Origin: Thermoproteota archaeon
GTDB lineage: Archaea; Thermoproteota; Thermoprotei; Thermofilales; B9-G17
Direction of reading: 5' to 3'
Assembly (NCBI GenBank): GCA_029258885.1
Contig: JAPDJW010000001.1
Location: 1-64,000 of the forward strand
Length of the DNA: 64,000 nucleotides
Shown here: in pieces, positions 9,626 through 20,344 of the stretch
How the letters are laid out: each line of letters starts with the position of its first letter
Numbering within the stretch: position 1 is the stretch's first letter
Program-made: the position numbers and the translations under genes
The notes under the pieces: model-generated
Seen by the model: the letters and a program-made list of their open reading frames with translations, nothing else
What the model was told of the DNA's origin: nothing
Databases searched by the model: none

Positions 9626-10372
9626 TCACCTGAAGAGAAGACTAGAATACTTTTTCCTAAGAGCTTCCTTTTGAACATTATATATTTTCTCTATTCCCAT
9701 TTTAGCCATATCTAGGGCTGCGCGTACCTCGCTTGGAGTAAAAATTCCATCAGCCTGCAACAAAGTTATTTCGCCTAGCGACGGCATCATTGCAATAGGC
9801 ATGTCACCTTCTCCATATTGATCCTCGTAATGATTTAAATCAAGAATAAGTTGACTATCTACTTTTCCCACGGCTACAGCAGCTACTAGATCTTTCATGG
9901 GTATTCCTGCATCAGCCAACGCTACTGATGCAGCAGTTATGGAGGCTACTCTAGTACTTCCATCTGCCTGGAGTACTTCTATAAAAATATCTATTGTTGT
10001 ACGTGGGAATTTTTCCAAGAATATTGCGGGTGCTAATGCTTCACGTATTACTTTCGATAACTCTATTTCGCGTCTGCTAGGAGCTGGCGATTTTCTCTCG
10101 GGTACAGAAAACGGTGCCATATGATACCTACATCTAATGATAGCCCTATCAGGTAAAGCTAGATGTCTTGGATGTACTTCACGTGGGCCATATACTGCTA
10201 CAATTATTTTATTTCTTCCAAGCTCTATAAATGCTGATCCATCGGCATTTCTTAGAACGCCAACGCTAATTTTTAACGGCCTTATTTCATCGGGTTTTCT
10301 TCCATCAATTCTAGTACCATTTTCCTTTAGCAAAACTATAGGAGTACCTTTTTTAGTGGGCATTCCTATCAT
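9626..10372 (-). CDS. rrp41: Exosome core subunit Rrp41
   Basis: [35 protein letters not shown]. Confidence 0.97.
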   Translation of the reverse strand: MIGMPTKKGTPIVLLKENGTRIDGRKPDEIRPLKISVGVLRNADGSAFIELGRNKIIVAVYGPREVHPRHLALPDRAIIRCRYHMAPFSVPERKSPAPSRREIELSKVIREALAPAIFLEKFPRTTIDIFIEVLQADGSTRVASITAASVALADAGIPMKDLVAAVAVGKVDSQLILDLNHYEDQYGEGDMPIAMMPSLGEITLLQADGIFTPSEVRAALDMAKMGIEKIYNVQKEALRKKYSSLLFR

Positions 10373-11040
10373 CTCACATATTTCTTCTTAGGCTTAAAAC
10401 CTTTTCTGATGTAAGAGGGAGCGCTTATGATTCTACTTATCGTTTTTATCGCTTCAACCTCCACATCTTTATTCTTTGAAACTATTACTATCCTACCATT
10501 AGCTCCTTGAATTACATTGCATTGAAGTTTTCTACTTAATTCATGAAGTTTTGCCGATATTTTCTCTATATAATAGAAGGGAAACTCTAACAGAGCACCT
10601 TCCTTGACTATTCCAAGTTTTGATTCTTTAACCGTTAATAAGGGGTCTCTTGTTAAGTCGAATTCTATTATCTTTGCAACTATAATATCGCCTATGTTTA
10701 GGTATTTTTTCAGGTCAGCTTTGGATATGTCTATCGGTCGAGAAAGCGCCTCACCTATTTGTAGAACACCAGGCCAAGGCGAGGCAATATCTACTATCCA
10801 GCTGGTTATTCCAACTTCAACAACTTTTCCAATGACAATGTCCCCTTTCTTAGGTACATATACGCTTTTAAGCGCCTTAACAGATATCATCCTATTTTCC
10901 CTATCTATATCAACTATTCCTATATGAGCTGAATATACACGATTATTTATTCTATAAGTTCCTGAACCTGATTTAAAGGCTCCTTCAGCTATTATATCTC
11001 CAGGAATTGCTAATTTACCTCTTGGAATATATATTGGCAT
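10369..11040 (-). CDS. rrp4: Exosome RNA-binding subunit Rrp4
   Basis: S1 domain ([11 protein letters not shown]) plus KH domain (GANGRI). Confidence 0.93.
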   Translation of the reverse strand: MPIYIPRGKLAIPGDIIAEGAFKSGSGTYRINNRVYSAHIGIVDIDRENRMISVKALKSVYVPKKGDIVIGKVVEVGITSWIVDIASPWPGVLQIGEALSRPIDISKADLKKYLNIGDIIVAKIIEFDLTRDPLLTVKESKLGIVKEGALLEFPFYYIEKISAKLHELSRKLQCNVIQGANGRIVIVSKNKDVEVEAIKTISRIISAPSYIRKGFKPKKKYVR

Positions 11041-11044
11041 CCTA

Positions 11045-11755
11045 TCACCTAATTATTTTAACTTCTCCCCGACCTTTTGTTAAACGAGCTATTTTCTCTA
11101 TTACTTCCTCCTTTATTCCTGCAGGTATTTCGAGCTCTAAACTGAGGCTTCCATCAGATAGATAGTTTTGTAGTAATATTCTCCCCACTTTAGAAATGTA
11201 GCCATAACATTTCCCTATATACTGCGGAGGAATTTTTACCGCCAATACGGCTTTAGCAATCTTCAGTGGAAGAATAGGCCTTAGCTGCTTAATGACATTT
11301 TCTATCTGAATTTCCAGAGGCTTAAACGGATCTAAAGAAACCTTAGCTTCCTTCAGTGCAATTTCCACACGTGAAGGCGGTATAGGTAAATTAGTGCGTG
11401 GATCTATACAGTTCCTTGAAATAAAAGCTATAATCCTTCTCTTGAGATTTTCTATTAGCTCACGACGCTGTTCACTAGTTATCTGTAACGTACCCTTCTT
11501 CAGTATTTTTTCAGCGACTATCCCTATATCGTCGCTACCGAATATTTGTACTATATCGTCCCTAGAGGCTTTAAGCCCTTTTCTAGCATCCGAGTATATT
11601 ATATTTCCCACCAGAACTTCATGTATATCACTTATTTTCCCTTGCTTAAATAACCATGCTTTATCGCTCCAGACAAATACTTCAAATCTCTTACCCTTAA
11701 TATTTAGGCGGGCTATTACCGGAACACTAATTTTTTCTTCGCTTTTTGACGACAA
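11045..11755 (-). CDS. Ribosome maturation factor SBDS/Sdo1
   Basis: GKRFEV, DARKG, DPRTNLPIPPSRVE. Confidence 0.95.
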   Translation of the reverse strand: MSSKSEEKISVPVIARLNIKGKRFEVFVWSDKAWLFKQGKISDIHEVLVGNIIYSDARKGLKASRDDIVQIFGSDDIGIVAEKILKKGTLQITSEQRRELIENLKRRIIAFISRNCIDPRTNLPIPPSRVEIALKEAKVSLDPFKPLEIQIENVIKQLRPILPLKIAKAVLAVKIPPQYIGKCYGYISKVGRILLQNYLSDGSLSLELEIPAGIKEEVIEKIARLTKGRGEVKIIR

Positions 11756-11787
11756 AATTTCACCTGCAAATATTTAACTTTAAATCA

Positions 11788-14541
11788 TTATATAAAGGCA
11801 CGCTTTATTTCATTTAAAACCTTGGATATTATTTCTTTCGGATCACCGCTATAAAGTCCTGTACCTTGTATAAAGTCTTTTCTTCCACCACCTTTGCCTT
11901 TAATCATGCTAAGTATGGTTTCATTTACTTTAAGCGCATTAAATCCTTTTTCAATAACTTTTCTTCCAGCTATTCCTAGATATTCAAGTTTTTCTCCACG
12001 TTTATTTAAGAGGAGTATGAAAACATCGGGGTGTTCTTTAACTATATCACTTGCCAGATTAACAAGCAATCTTCTATCTTCATTGTTATACGCCTGTCCT
12101 ATAAATCTTAGTATGCTACTCACGGTGATAGATTTACCTATTAGCACCTCCTTCTCATGTATTAGTCTCGCTTTTAATAGTTTTTTTGCTTCAGTCTCTA
12201 ATTCGTTCAACCTATTAACTACATTATTTACAGCTTCTACGACGTTCTCCCTGCTAGTCCTTAGTAATTCTGCTATTTTAGATATTTTCTCTTCTGTATT
12301 CCAGACATATTCCAGTGCAGCCTTCCCTACGCTGAACTCTAGTCGTTCTACTCCATCCTGTATTCTCTCTGTTTTTAATATCTTTATTAGTCCTATTTCG
12401 CCGGTGTGCATAACGTGTAATCCACCACATGCTTCCGCATCCCATCCCTCTACTTCGACAATTCTTAAATAACGACCAGGTATGACGCCACCTTGATATA
12501 GCATAAAACCATACTTCTTTTCAGCATCAGTTCTTAACATTACATGACTGAGAACACGCCTATTTTCGAGGACTATTTGGTTAGCTAATAGCTCTATTTT
12601 CCTTATTTCTTCCTTTGATAATTTCTCGAAGTGTGTGATATCTAGGCGACATTTATCAGAATCCTTGCTCGCACCTGCTTGCCAAACATGTTTTCCCAAG
12701 ATCTTTCTGGCTGCGGCTAGGAGGACGTGAGTAGCGGTATGTCCTCTCATTATTTGTTTTCGTCTCTCAGAATCTATTATTCCCTTTACAATTTGTCCCT
12801 CCTTGAATGGACAGCTGTCACAGATGTGTATAATAACATTATTTACCTTACGGGCATCGAGAACACGGCAGGAAGAATCGTCTGAAACTAGAATTCCTTT
12901 ATCTGCTTTGGCTCCTCCTCCCTCAGGATAAAATAGTGTTTGATCCAAGATAACATATCTTCCCTCTATTACTCTTAAAATCTTAGCTTCAAACTGTGTG
13001 TCATAGGGTTTCTCGTAGTAGAGGGTACGTGTAGGAGGTAGGTCTTTGATGAATTCCAATAATCTATCGAGTTCTTCCTCTCTTTTAGTCTCCTTGTCTC
13101 CTTTGTGTCTCTGAGCTAAAGCACCATAAAAGTCGAGGGGTATTTCAACGCTTATACCATACTTTTCAGCTATCTCTTTTACATAATCTGGGGGAAGCCC
13201 GTGAGAATCATAAAGCATAATCAGGGTATCCTGAGGCATGCTCCTGATGCCTTTTTCCTTAAGACTATATGCTATTTTTTCGATGGTTAGTCTTCCCCGC
13301 TTCAAAGTCTTGTTATAGCGTTCCTCCTCTAAATTAAGGATCTTCTTTATTACCTCCTCATTCTCCTTTATTTCAGGAAAATCAGGTGCTATGTGAGCAA
13401 TTACCATATCAGCTAACTCTATCAATGATATTCTGAGATTCAATTTCATCAAGGCCCTTATTATTCTCCTAATGAGTAGTCTAGCTAGGTATCCGACAGC
13501 GGCATTTGATGGAACTACACCATCATTAAGCATTAAAATTACTGATTTCATGTGATCCAGTATTAGGTATATGTTTTCATAGGTCTCTAAGATGGATAAA
13601 ACTTCGTCACTTGGAATATTTAGGAGGGTGGATATTCTCCTAGTGGCTTCTCTTAATGTTTCGGGTTTCTTGGAATCTATGTGGCCTAAGAATCTGGCTA
13701 GCGCCATATACTCCTTACAATTTAGAGGTGGACCGCCAATTAAATTAAACACTTTGTCAATAAGTTTTCCATAAATGGCGTCATAGACTGTAGGAGTGCC
13801 TTTTATCAGCCATAGTATTCTTTCAAGACCATACCCCGTATCTACTATTTCATTTTTCATAGGTATAATTTTATCTGAGTTAAAAACCTTATAGTGCATA
13901 AATACTAGCGTAGCCAGTTCAAGTCCCCTTACGACCACTTCAAAATCTTCACCAGCATTTCCTCCTCCACTCCACCAATCCTCGATGTAGGTCAGTTCCT
14001 CGGGTGGAATTTTAACAGCTTTAGTGAAAAATTCATAAGATAGCTTAACTGTCTCCTCTGTCCAGTATACCCTTTTTCCTCCTATATTGAATGCATGATG
14101 AGCCATCATTTCAAAGCTAGATAAATGTCTCCCTGTCTTGCCGATATTATCTAAGTCGGTAAGTCTTATACAGGGTTGTGATATTACCAATGGATTTGCC
14201 GGCGGAGGAGTTATGCCCTCAGTAACCCACGGTTGAAAGTCATATATTGATGCGCCAACTAAATATACATCTTCTCGCCACCTAGCTACTACGGGATATC
14301 TCTTTACTACTTCATGGCCTCTTTTAGCAAAGAAATTTATGAATGAGTTCCTTACATCGCATGTTGTTTTAAGCGGTGAGTCTAAGCCCTTTCCAATAAA
14401 TTGATACTCAATACAAGAGGAATCCCCGCAATATTCTTGGTCTTCATTTAGTGTCCAAAATTTTCTATTACATTTCTTACATGTCTTTCTAATGAATCCT
14501 TCATCTCTGAAAAAATTAAGTAAATATATTCTTTGATCCAT
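11788..14541 (-). CDS. alaS: Alanyl-tRNA synthetase
   Basis: Archaeal N-terminal Cys motif, SQPCIR, DTGYGLER, HTATH, ACGGLH editing motif, GGG C-Ala. Confidence 0.98.
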   Translation of the reverse strand: MDQRIYLLNFFRDEGFIRKTCKKCNRKFWTLNEDQEYCGDSSCIEYQFIGKGLDSPLKTTCDVRNSFINFFAKRGHEVVKRYPVVARWREDVYLVGASIYDFQPWVTEGITPPPANPLVISQPCIRLTDLDNIGKTGRHLSSFEMMAHHAFNIGGKRVYWTEETVKLSYEFFTKAVKIPPEELTYIEDWWSGGGNAGEDFEVVVRGLELATLVFMHYKVFNSDKIIPMKNEIVDTGYGLERILWLIKGTPTVYDAIYGKLIDKVFNLIGGPPLNCKEYMALARFLGHIDSKKPETLREATRRISTLLNIPSDEVLSILETYENIYLILDHMKSVILMLNDGVVPSNAAVGYLARLLIRRIIRALMKLNLRISLIELADMVIAHIAPDFPEIKENEEVIKKILNLEEERYNKTLKRGRLTIEKIAYSLKEKGIRSMPQDTLIMLYDSHGLPPDYVKEIAEKYGISVEIPLDFYGALAQRHKGDKETKREEELDRLLEFIKDLPPTRTLYYEKPYDTQFEAKILRVIEGRYVILDQTLFYPEGGGAKADKGILVSDDSSCRVLDARKVNNVIIHICDSCPFKEGQIVKGIIDSERRKQIMRGHTATHVLLAAARKILGKHVWQAGASKDSDKCRLDITHFEKLSKEEIRKIELLANQIVLENRRVLSHVMLRTDAEKKYGFMLYQGGVIPGRYLRIVEVEGWDAEACGGLHVMHTGEIGLIKILKTERIQDGVERLEFSVGKAALEYVWNTEEKISKIAELLRTSRENVVEAVNNVVNRLNELETEAKKLLKARLIHEKEVLIGKSITVSSILRFIGQAYNNEDRRLLVNLASDIVKEHPDVFILLLNKRGEKLEYLGIAGRKVIEKGFNALKVNETILSMIKGKGGGRKDFIQGTGLYSGDPKEIISKVLNEIKRAFI

Positions 14542-14790
14542 AGAACTATCATCCCTTTATAGTCGCTAATTAGGTTATTACAGCGTGTAGATTATAAGTA
14601 TTCCTATATTTGATTTTTCCTAGTGCTCATGGATTTATTATATATGAGATAACGAATAATATTTAGGTGTTTATCTAAAAATTTATCTGTGAAATGAATA
14701 AAGTTTCATACATATACTAATTTTAAGTTAATTTATTGACTTTTTATATAACTCTGCTTGTTTGGTAACCACTTTTTTATGCTAAGAAAG

Positions 14791-14798
14791 TTTATATA
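14791..14798 (+). promoter_or_regulatory. BRE/TATA promoter of micro-ORF operon
   Basis: AAGAAAG followed by TTTATATA. Confidence 0.6.
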
Positions 14799-14839
14799 AC
14801 TGGTTGATATCATAAGTGATGCTTCTCTGGGTGATTGTC

Positions 14840-14923
14840 ATGTTTTTCGAGGAAGAGTGGGAAGAGTGGGAGGAGCTAGAAGAGGAAGAGTGGGAGGAGG
14901 AAGAGTGGGAGGAGGAATGGTAA
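14840..14923 (+). CDS. 27-aa Glu/Trp micro-protein MFFEEEWEEWEELEEEEWEEEEWEEEW
   Basis: ATG..TAA in frame, GGTGA SD 5 nt upstream, TATA upstream. Confidence 0.7.
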   Translation: MFFEEEWEEWEELEEEEWEEEEWEEEW

Positions 14924-14940
14924 CACAAAAGTGATAGACC

Positions 14941-15219
14941 ATGGTGGAATTTTGTCCTAAATGTGGCGGTTTACTTATACCATACCTTAAGGACAATATA
15001 AAATATCTAAAATGTACTAGATGTAATTATATTAAAAAAATTTCTGAAAAATCTGGATATGAAGGCGTAATAAAAATAAAGAGAAAAGAAAGAAAGGCAC
15101 CTAAAGTAGTCGAAAAAACTAAGAAAATAGATAAAGAGCAAATGGAAAAAGAAAAGGAATTACTCCAGGAATACTATGAGGTGTTTCTCGAGACAATGGA
15201 ACAAATGGAAGAATCTTAG
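14941..15219 (+). CDS. TFS/RpoM-like Zn-ribbon protein lacking the C-terminal ribbon
   Basis: FCPKCGGLL..CTRC, Lys-rich linker, acidic helix tail. Confidence 0.8.
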   Translation: MVEFCPKCGGLLIPYLKDNIKYLKCTRCNYIKKISEKSGYEGVIKIKRKERKAPKVVEKTKKIDKEQMEKEKELLQEYYEVFLETMEQMEES

Positions 15220-15288
15220 AAGGATTTATCCTTATTTATCACATCAAACTTCATTTTTCTCTTTAATTCACATATGAGGGTTTGAATT

Positions 15289-17076
15289 ATGGTAAGAATA
15301 GCGGTTATCGATAGGTTCCTATGTAAGCCTAAGCGGTGTAATTTTGAATGCTTAAGTTTTTGTCCATTAGTTAGAACGGGGACTGAAGCAGTAATTGTGG
15401 ACAAAGAGAAGAATAGACCTATAATTGTGGAAAACTTATGTACTGGATGTGGTATTTGCACAAAGAAATGCCCATTTAAGGCCATAAAGATAATAAATCT
15501 TCCAGAAGAATATGGCAAAGACATTGTTCATATGTACGGTCCCAATGCTTTTAGATTATACAGACTTCCTATACCTAAGAAGGGTAAGGTAGTCGGCATT
15601 ATAGGTAGAAATGGTACTGGTAAATCCACAGCACTAAAAATTCTTGCAGGTAAGATTAAGCCAAATCTCGGGAGCTATGATAATCCCCCCGAGGATTCAC
15701 AAATAATTAGGTACTTCCGTGGATCAGAGCTCCAACCATATTTTGAAGAACTTTTCAAAGGTAAGTTAAAGGCAGTATTAAAGCCCCAGGAAGTCGATAT
15801 AATACCTAAGTTCATCAAAGGAAAAGTTTGTGATCTCTTAGAAAGGATAGATGAGGTCGATAGGTTAAAAAGGTATTATGTAACATTAAACTTGGAGAAA
15901 ATATGGAATAGGAAAATAAGCGAGTTGAGCGGAGGGGAATTACAGAAAATAGCTGTTACGGCAGCGCTAATTCGTAACGCTGACATATACTTAATAGACG
16001 AACCCTCCAGCTATTTAGATGTCAAAGAGAGGTTGAACATAGCTAAAGCTATTAGAGAGGCTGTATCAGAGGACATATATCTCGTTGTAGTTGAACATGA
16101 TCTAGCAATACTGGATTATATCTCAGACCTAGTTCACATAATTTATGGCGAGCCAGGAGCATATGGTATTGTTTCTCTGCCAAGAGGCGTTCGAACCGGA
16201 ATAAACGCGTACCTACAAGGTTTTCTAAAAGAGGAAAACCTCAGAATAAGGAGAGAGGCTATAACATTTGATCTAAGAAAAGAAGCTCTTAGATTCCCCT
16301 CTAAAGAGGTATTTCTTTCATGGAGCAAACTCAGAGTTTCCTTAGGAACATTTAAGCTAGAGGTACTTCCGGGAGAGGTTCACAGAGGCGAAGTAATAGG
16401 TATATTAGGACCTAATGGTATAGGGAAAACTACTTTCGTAAGGGTTCTAGCCGGAGAGATAATTCCCGAAGAAGGATATGTGGAGAAAAGGGGTTCCATT
16501 GATATTAGCTATAAGCCTCAATTCATATCATACTTAAGGGAAAACGACATCACTGTCCTAAGCTACTTAAGGGAAGTCTCAGATTACGATATTTCATCAT
16601 CACATATAAGGTCCGCAATAATAAAGCCTCTTGATATCGAACGTTTGTATAAGCGGAAAATGTCCGAATTAAGCGGAGGTGAACTACAACGAATTGCAAT
16701 AGCTTCTACAATGCTGAAAAAAGCTGAAATATATCTTTTCGATGAGCCTATGGCGTATCTTGATGTAGAGCAGAGATTTACCGTTGCGAAGATGATAAGG
16801 AGAATATGTGATGAGAGGGAGAGTGCCGCTTTTGTTGTTGAACATGACTTAATCATGCAGAGCTTTATCGCCAATTCTATTATAGTATTCGGAGGAGAAC
16901 CGAGCGAGAATGGACTAGCTAATGCTCCGATGAGTCTAAGGAAGGGCATGAATATATTCCTTAGGGATGTGGGCATTACCATAAGAAGGGATAAGGAAAC
17001 TAAAAGGCCACGTATAAATAGGGAAGGTTCATGGATGGACAGATATCAAAAGTCTCATGGAATATACTACCTCTAG
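15289..17076 (+). CDS. rli: Ribosome recycling ATPase ABCE1/Rli1
   Basis: N-terminal Fe-S Cys motifs (CxxCxxCxxxCP) and two ABC domains. Confidence 0.98.
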   Translation: MVRIAVIDRFLCKPKRCNFECLSFCPLVRTGTEAVIVDKEKNRPIIVENLCTGCGICTKKCPFKAIKIINLPEEYGKDIVHMYGPNAFRLYRLPIPKKGKVVGIIGRNGTGKSTALKILAGKIKPNLGSYDNPPEDSQIIRYFRGSELQPYFEELFKGKLKAVLKPQEVDIIPKFIKGKVCDLLERIDEVDRLKRYYVTLNLEKIWNRKISELSGGELQKIAVTAALIRNADIYLIDEPSSYLDVKERLNIAKAIREAVSEDIYLVVVEHDLAILDYISDLVHIIYGEPGAYGIVSLPRGVRTGINAYLQGFLKEENLRIRREAITFDLRKEALRFPSKEVFLSWSKLRVSLGTFKLEVLPGEVHRGEVIGILGPNGIGKTTFVRVLAGEIIPEEGYVEKRGSIDISYKPQFISYLRENDITVLSYLREVSDYDISSSHIRSAIIKPLDIERLYKRKMSELSGGELQRIAIASTMLKKAEIYLFDEPMAYLDVEQRFTVAKMIRRICDERESAAFVVEHDLIMQSFIANSIIVFGGEPSENGLANAPMSLRKGMNIFLRDVGITIRRDKETKRPRINREGSWMDRYQKSHGIYYL

Positions 17077-17130
17077 GTAGTATTTATAACAATAATACTT
17101 TAATATCATATTCTGGCTTAAGGGTATTGG

Positions 17131-18240
17131 GTGAAAGGTTTGAAAGTAACTGTAAGCTTAATTAAGGCAGATATAGGAGGATGGGTTGGACATAGTACTG
17201 TACATCCAATGTTAATTAAACATGCCCAGAAAAAGCTTAAGGAGGCCCAGGAAACTGGACTCTTAATCGACTTCTTTGTGTTTAACGTTGGAGACGACTT
17301 ACAATTGCTTATGACGCATACAAAAGGAGAATCTAATCCTGAGATACATGGTCTTGCCTGGAATACATTTGTAGAGATAACTGAGAAAGTCAGTAAACCA
17401 TATAAGTTATATGGAGCTGGACAAGACCTTTTAGCTGAAGCCTTCAGCGGGAATGTCCGAGGTATGGGGCCAGGAGTAGCAGAGATGGAGTTTGAGGAGA
17501 GAAAAAGCGAGCCACTGTTAGTCTTTGCGGCAGACAAAACAGCACCGTCTGCTTGGAATCTGCCTCTATTCAAAATATTTGCGGATCCATTTAACACTGC
17601 AGGATTAGTCATCGATCCATCTATGCACGAGGGATTTAAGTTCGAAGTATTAGATACGATTGAAGGTAAGGCCGTTATCCTTAATACACCGGAGGAGATG
17701 TACGATTTATTGGCATTAATAGGTTCATATGAGAGGTATGTAATTAGAAGAGTATGGAGGAAAAAGGATAACCTAATTGCTGCCTCAGCAAGTGTAACGC
17801 GACTAAGCCTAATAGCAGGCAAATATGTAGGAAAGGATGACCCAGTATTGCTAGTACGAGCACAACATGGTCTTCCAGCGGTTGGTGAGGTTCTAGAGGC
17901 ATTTGCATTCCCGCATCTTGTTGAAGGATGGATGAGAGGTTCGCATTTCGGTCCCCTTATGCCAGTAGCACTTAAGAACGCCAAGTGTACTAGGTTTGAC
18001 GGTCCGCCTCGAGTTGTAGGATTAGGTTTTCAACTCTACAATGGAAAACTTCTAGGCCCGAACGATCTATTTGATGATCCGGCATTCGACTATACCAGAC
18101 GTAACGCGCAGGCAATAGCAGACTACATAAGAAGACACGGACCATTTGAGCCTCATAGACTTTCGGCTGAAGAAATGGAGTACACCACACTACCTGGAGT
18201 ACTAGAAAAATTAAAGGATAGATTTAAAGCAGCTGAATAA
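17131..18240 (+). CDS. fbp: Bifunctional fructose-1,6-bisphosphate aldolase/phosphatase
   Basis: KADIGG..GH, VGDD, YVGKDDP, MRGSH. Confidence 0.97.
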   Translation: MKGLKVTVSLIKADIGGWVGHSTVHPMLIKHAQKKLKEAQETGLLIDFFVFNVGDDLQLLMTHTKGESNPEIHGLAWNTFVEITEKVSKPYKLYGAGQDLLAEAFSGNVRGMGPGVAEMEFEERKSEPLLVFAADKTAPSAWNLPLFKIFADPFNTAGLVIDPSMHEGFKFEVLDTIEGKAVILNTPEEMYDLLALIGSYERYVIRRVWRKKDNLIAASASVTRLSLIAGKYVGKDDPVLLVRAQHGLPAVGEVLEAFAFPHLVEGWMRGSHFGPLMPVALKNAKCTRFDGPPRVVGLGFQLYNGKLLGPNDLFDDPAFDYTRRNAQAIADYIRRHGPFEPHRLSAEEMEYTTLPGVLEKLKDRFKAAE

Positions 18241-18425
18241 ATAGGATCATTGGAAAACAATAATGTTAGTATAGTAGAATATTTCCTAAACCTTTTTATT
18301 ATAATCTGTTTTCGAGACAATAGTCCTTCTGCTAGTGTTGCTTTATCTTAAGAAAATAATTTATACAAGCCTAGCTATTTTTCGTCTACAATCCACTGTT
18401 TATCTCCGTTAGATCGGCTGGTAAT

Positions 18426-19658
18426 ATGTCTAAGGTTATTGAAAGATATCGTTTAGAAAGATTGGTGAGAGAATTAAAAAGTAAAAGAGGAAGAGGAACA
18501 GAGTTAATTTCACTGTATATTCCAGCTGGAAGACCAATTAGTGATGTGATGAGTGTTTTAAGAGAAGAATACTCGACAGCCACTAATATAAAGGATAGAA
18601 CTACACGCCATCATGTACTGGATGCCTTAACTGCCATTATGCAGAGGCTTAAATTCTTCCGAAAGACCCCTGAGAACGGACTAATAGTATTTGCTGGCTA
18701 TATTGCTACTGATGTTCCTGGAAGTGAGGAAATGGAGATACATCTAATAGAACCGCCTGAGAAGCTTAGGGCATATTTATACAGATGCAATTCCCGTTTT
18801 CACACGGAGATACTCGAAGAAATGATTAGCAAAAGAGATGTTTATGGCCTTATAGTTATAGATAGAAACGAGGCTGCAATAGGTATTCTTAAGGGTAAGT
18901 CTATAGAAATACTAAAAGTGCTTACTTCGGGCATACCAGGCAAACATCGAGCAGGCGGACAGTCTGCCAGAAGATTTGAAAGAATAATAGAGCAATTGGC
19001 TCATGAATTTTATAAGAGAGTCGGAGAATACTCGACAAAATACTTCTTAGAAATAAAGGAGCTTAAAGGAATAATAATAGGTGGTCCCGGTCCAACAAAG
19101 CATGAGTTCACAAAAGGAGATTATCTCCATTATACATTAAAAGCGAAGGTATTAGCCGTATTGGATATAGGCTACAGTGGTGAAACAGGAATATACGAGT
19201 TGGCACGAGTGTGTACAAAAGTGCTTAAAGATGCAGAATATGCCCGTGAAAGAGAACTAGTAAGAAGATTCCTATATGAAATAGCTAGGGACACCGGATT
19301 AGCAATCTATGGTGAGGAGGAAATAAGGAAGGCACTATTTCAAGGTGCAGTTAGTGTTCTTCTGATATCCGAAGATTTAGAGGCGTATAGAGTGAAGTAT
19401 ACTTGTCCCAATTGTAGTTTTACCCTCGAGAAAACGATTAGAAATAAAGATAAAAAAATAGATATTGTTTGTCCTAAGTGCGGGGAGAAAATGAAAGTTA
19501 TAGAGAAGAAGGAATTGATAGAGGAATTAATAGAATTAGCTAAAAACGTAGGTACAGACGTCGAGTTAATATCAAGAGAAACGGAGGAAGGAGAGGAACT
19601 TAGAAGATCATTCGGAGGTCTTGGAGCTATCTTAAGGTTTAAGGTAGAGATAAGGTAG
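18426..19658 (+). CDS. prf1: Peptide chain release factor aRF1
   Basis: GTELISLYIP, NIKD, GKHRAGGQSARRF. Confidence 0.98.
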   Translation: MSKVIERYRLERLVRELKSKRGRGTELISLYIPAGRPISDVMSVLREEYSTATNIKDRTTRHHVLDALTAIMQRLKFFRKTPENGLIVFAGYIATDVPGSEEMEIHLIEPPEKLRAYLYRCNSRFHTEILEEMISKRDVYGLIVIDRNEAAIGILKGKSIEILKVLTSGIPGKHRAGGQSARRFERIIEQLAHEFYKRVGEYSTKYFLEIKELKGIIIGGPGPTKHEFTKGDYLHYTLKAKVLAVLDIGYSGETGIYELARVCTKVLKDAEYARERELVRRFLYEIARDTGLAIYGEEEIRKALFQGAVSVLLISEDLEAYRVKYTCPNCSFTLEKTIRNKDKKIDIVCPKCGEKMKVIEKKELIEELIELAKNVGTDVELISRETEEGEELRRSFGGLGAILRFKVEIR

Positions 19659-19659
19659 C

Positions 19660-20316
19660 ATGAATATAAAGAGAAAGGAATTAACGAGAATTATTGAAAG
19701 CATTCCTACTTTCAGTAAGCCGAAAGTATATTTTGAACAATATGTTCTTCCAGGAAATGTAGCATCGCGGCTGTTATGGATAGCCGAAACCGTTTATGGG
19801 GATATAAGCAATAACATAATAATTGATTTGGGATGTGGAACCGGTAGACTGAGCGTGGGTGCAGCGCTCCTGGGAGCTGAATACGTTATTTCGGTGGATG
19901 TAGACTTTGATGCAGTAGCCCTATTTAAAAACGTGTTATATAGTGATATTTTCCCTAAAGTTAGCTCTAAGATAGATATAGTATGTGCTGATGTAAGATT
20001 TTTTAACATCGTCAACCGAGAGAAAATATCATCTAATAGGAAAGTAATTGTAATACAAAATCCTCCTTTCGGAGTTCATAGGAAGGGATATGACGTCCTT
20101 TTTCTAAGTAAAGCATTAGAGTTGGCTCACATAGTATATACTTTACATAAATCTTCAACGAAGGATTACGTTATAAACTATATAGAAAATAAAAAGTTTG
20201 TTGTAACTGAGCTCTTCAAGGAAAGCATAAGAATACCTATGATGTATTCCTTTCATAGGAAAAGATTTCATAAAGTTAATATTGTAGCGTTAAGATGTGA
20301 AAGACGGAACTATTAG
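19660..20316 (+). CDS. METTL5-family N6-adenine RNA methyltransferase
   Basis: EQY, DLGCGTG, QNPPFG. Confidence 0.88.
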   Translation: MNIKRKELTRIIESIPTFSKPKVYFEQYVLPGNVASRLLWIAETVYGDISNNIIIDLGCGTGRLSVGAALLGAEYVISVDVDFDAVALFKNVLYSDIFPKVSSKIDIVCADVRFFNIVNREKISSNRKVIVIQNPPFGVHRKGYDVLFLSKALELAHIVYTLHKSSTKDYVINYIENKKFVVTELFKESIRIPMMYSFHRKRFHKVNIVALRCERRNY

Positions 20317-20344
20317 GATTTGAATCCTCAGTTATGGTGGGGCT

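Noticed and set aside
14849-14920. GAGGAAGAGTGG-like repeats as CRISPR or microsatellite
   Set aside because: No spacers; in-frame codon repeats with synonymous variation
15216-15524. 102-aa minus-strand ORF
   Set aside because: Antisense shadow of the ABCE1 Fe-S domain
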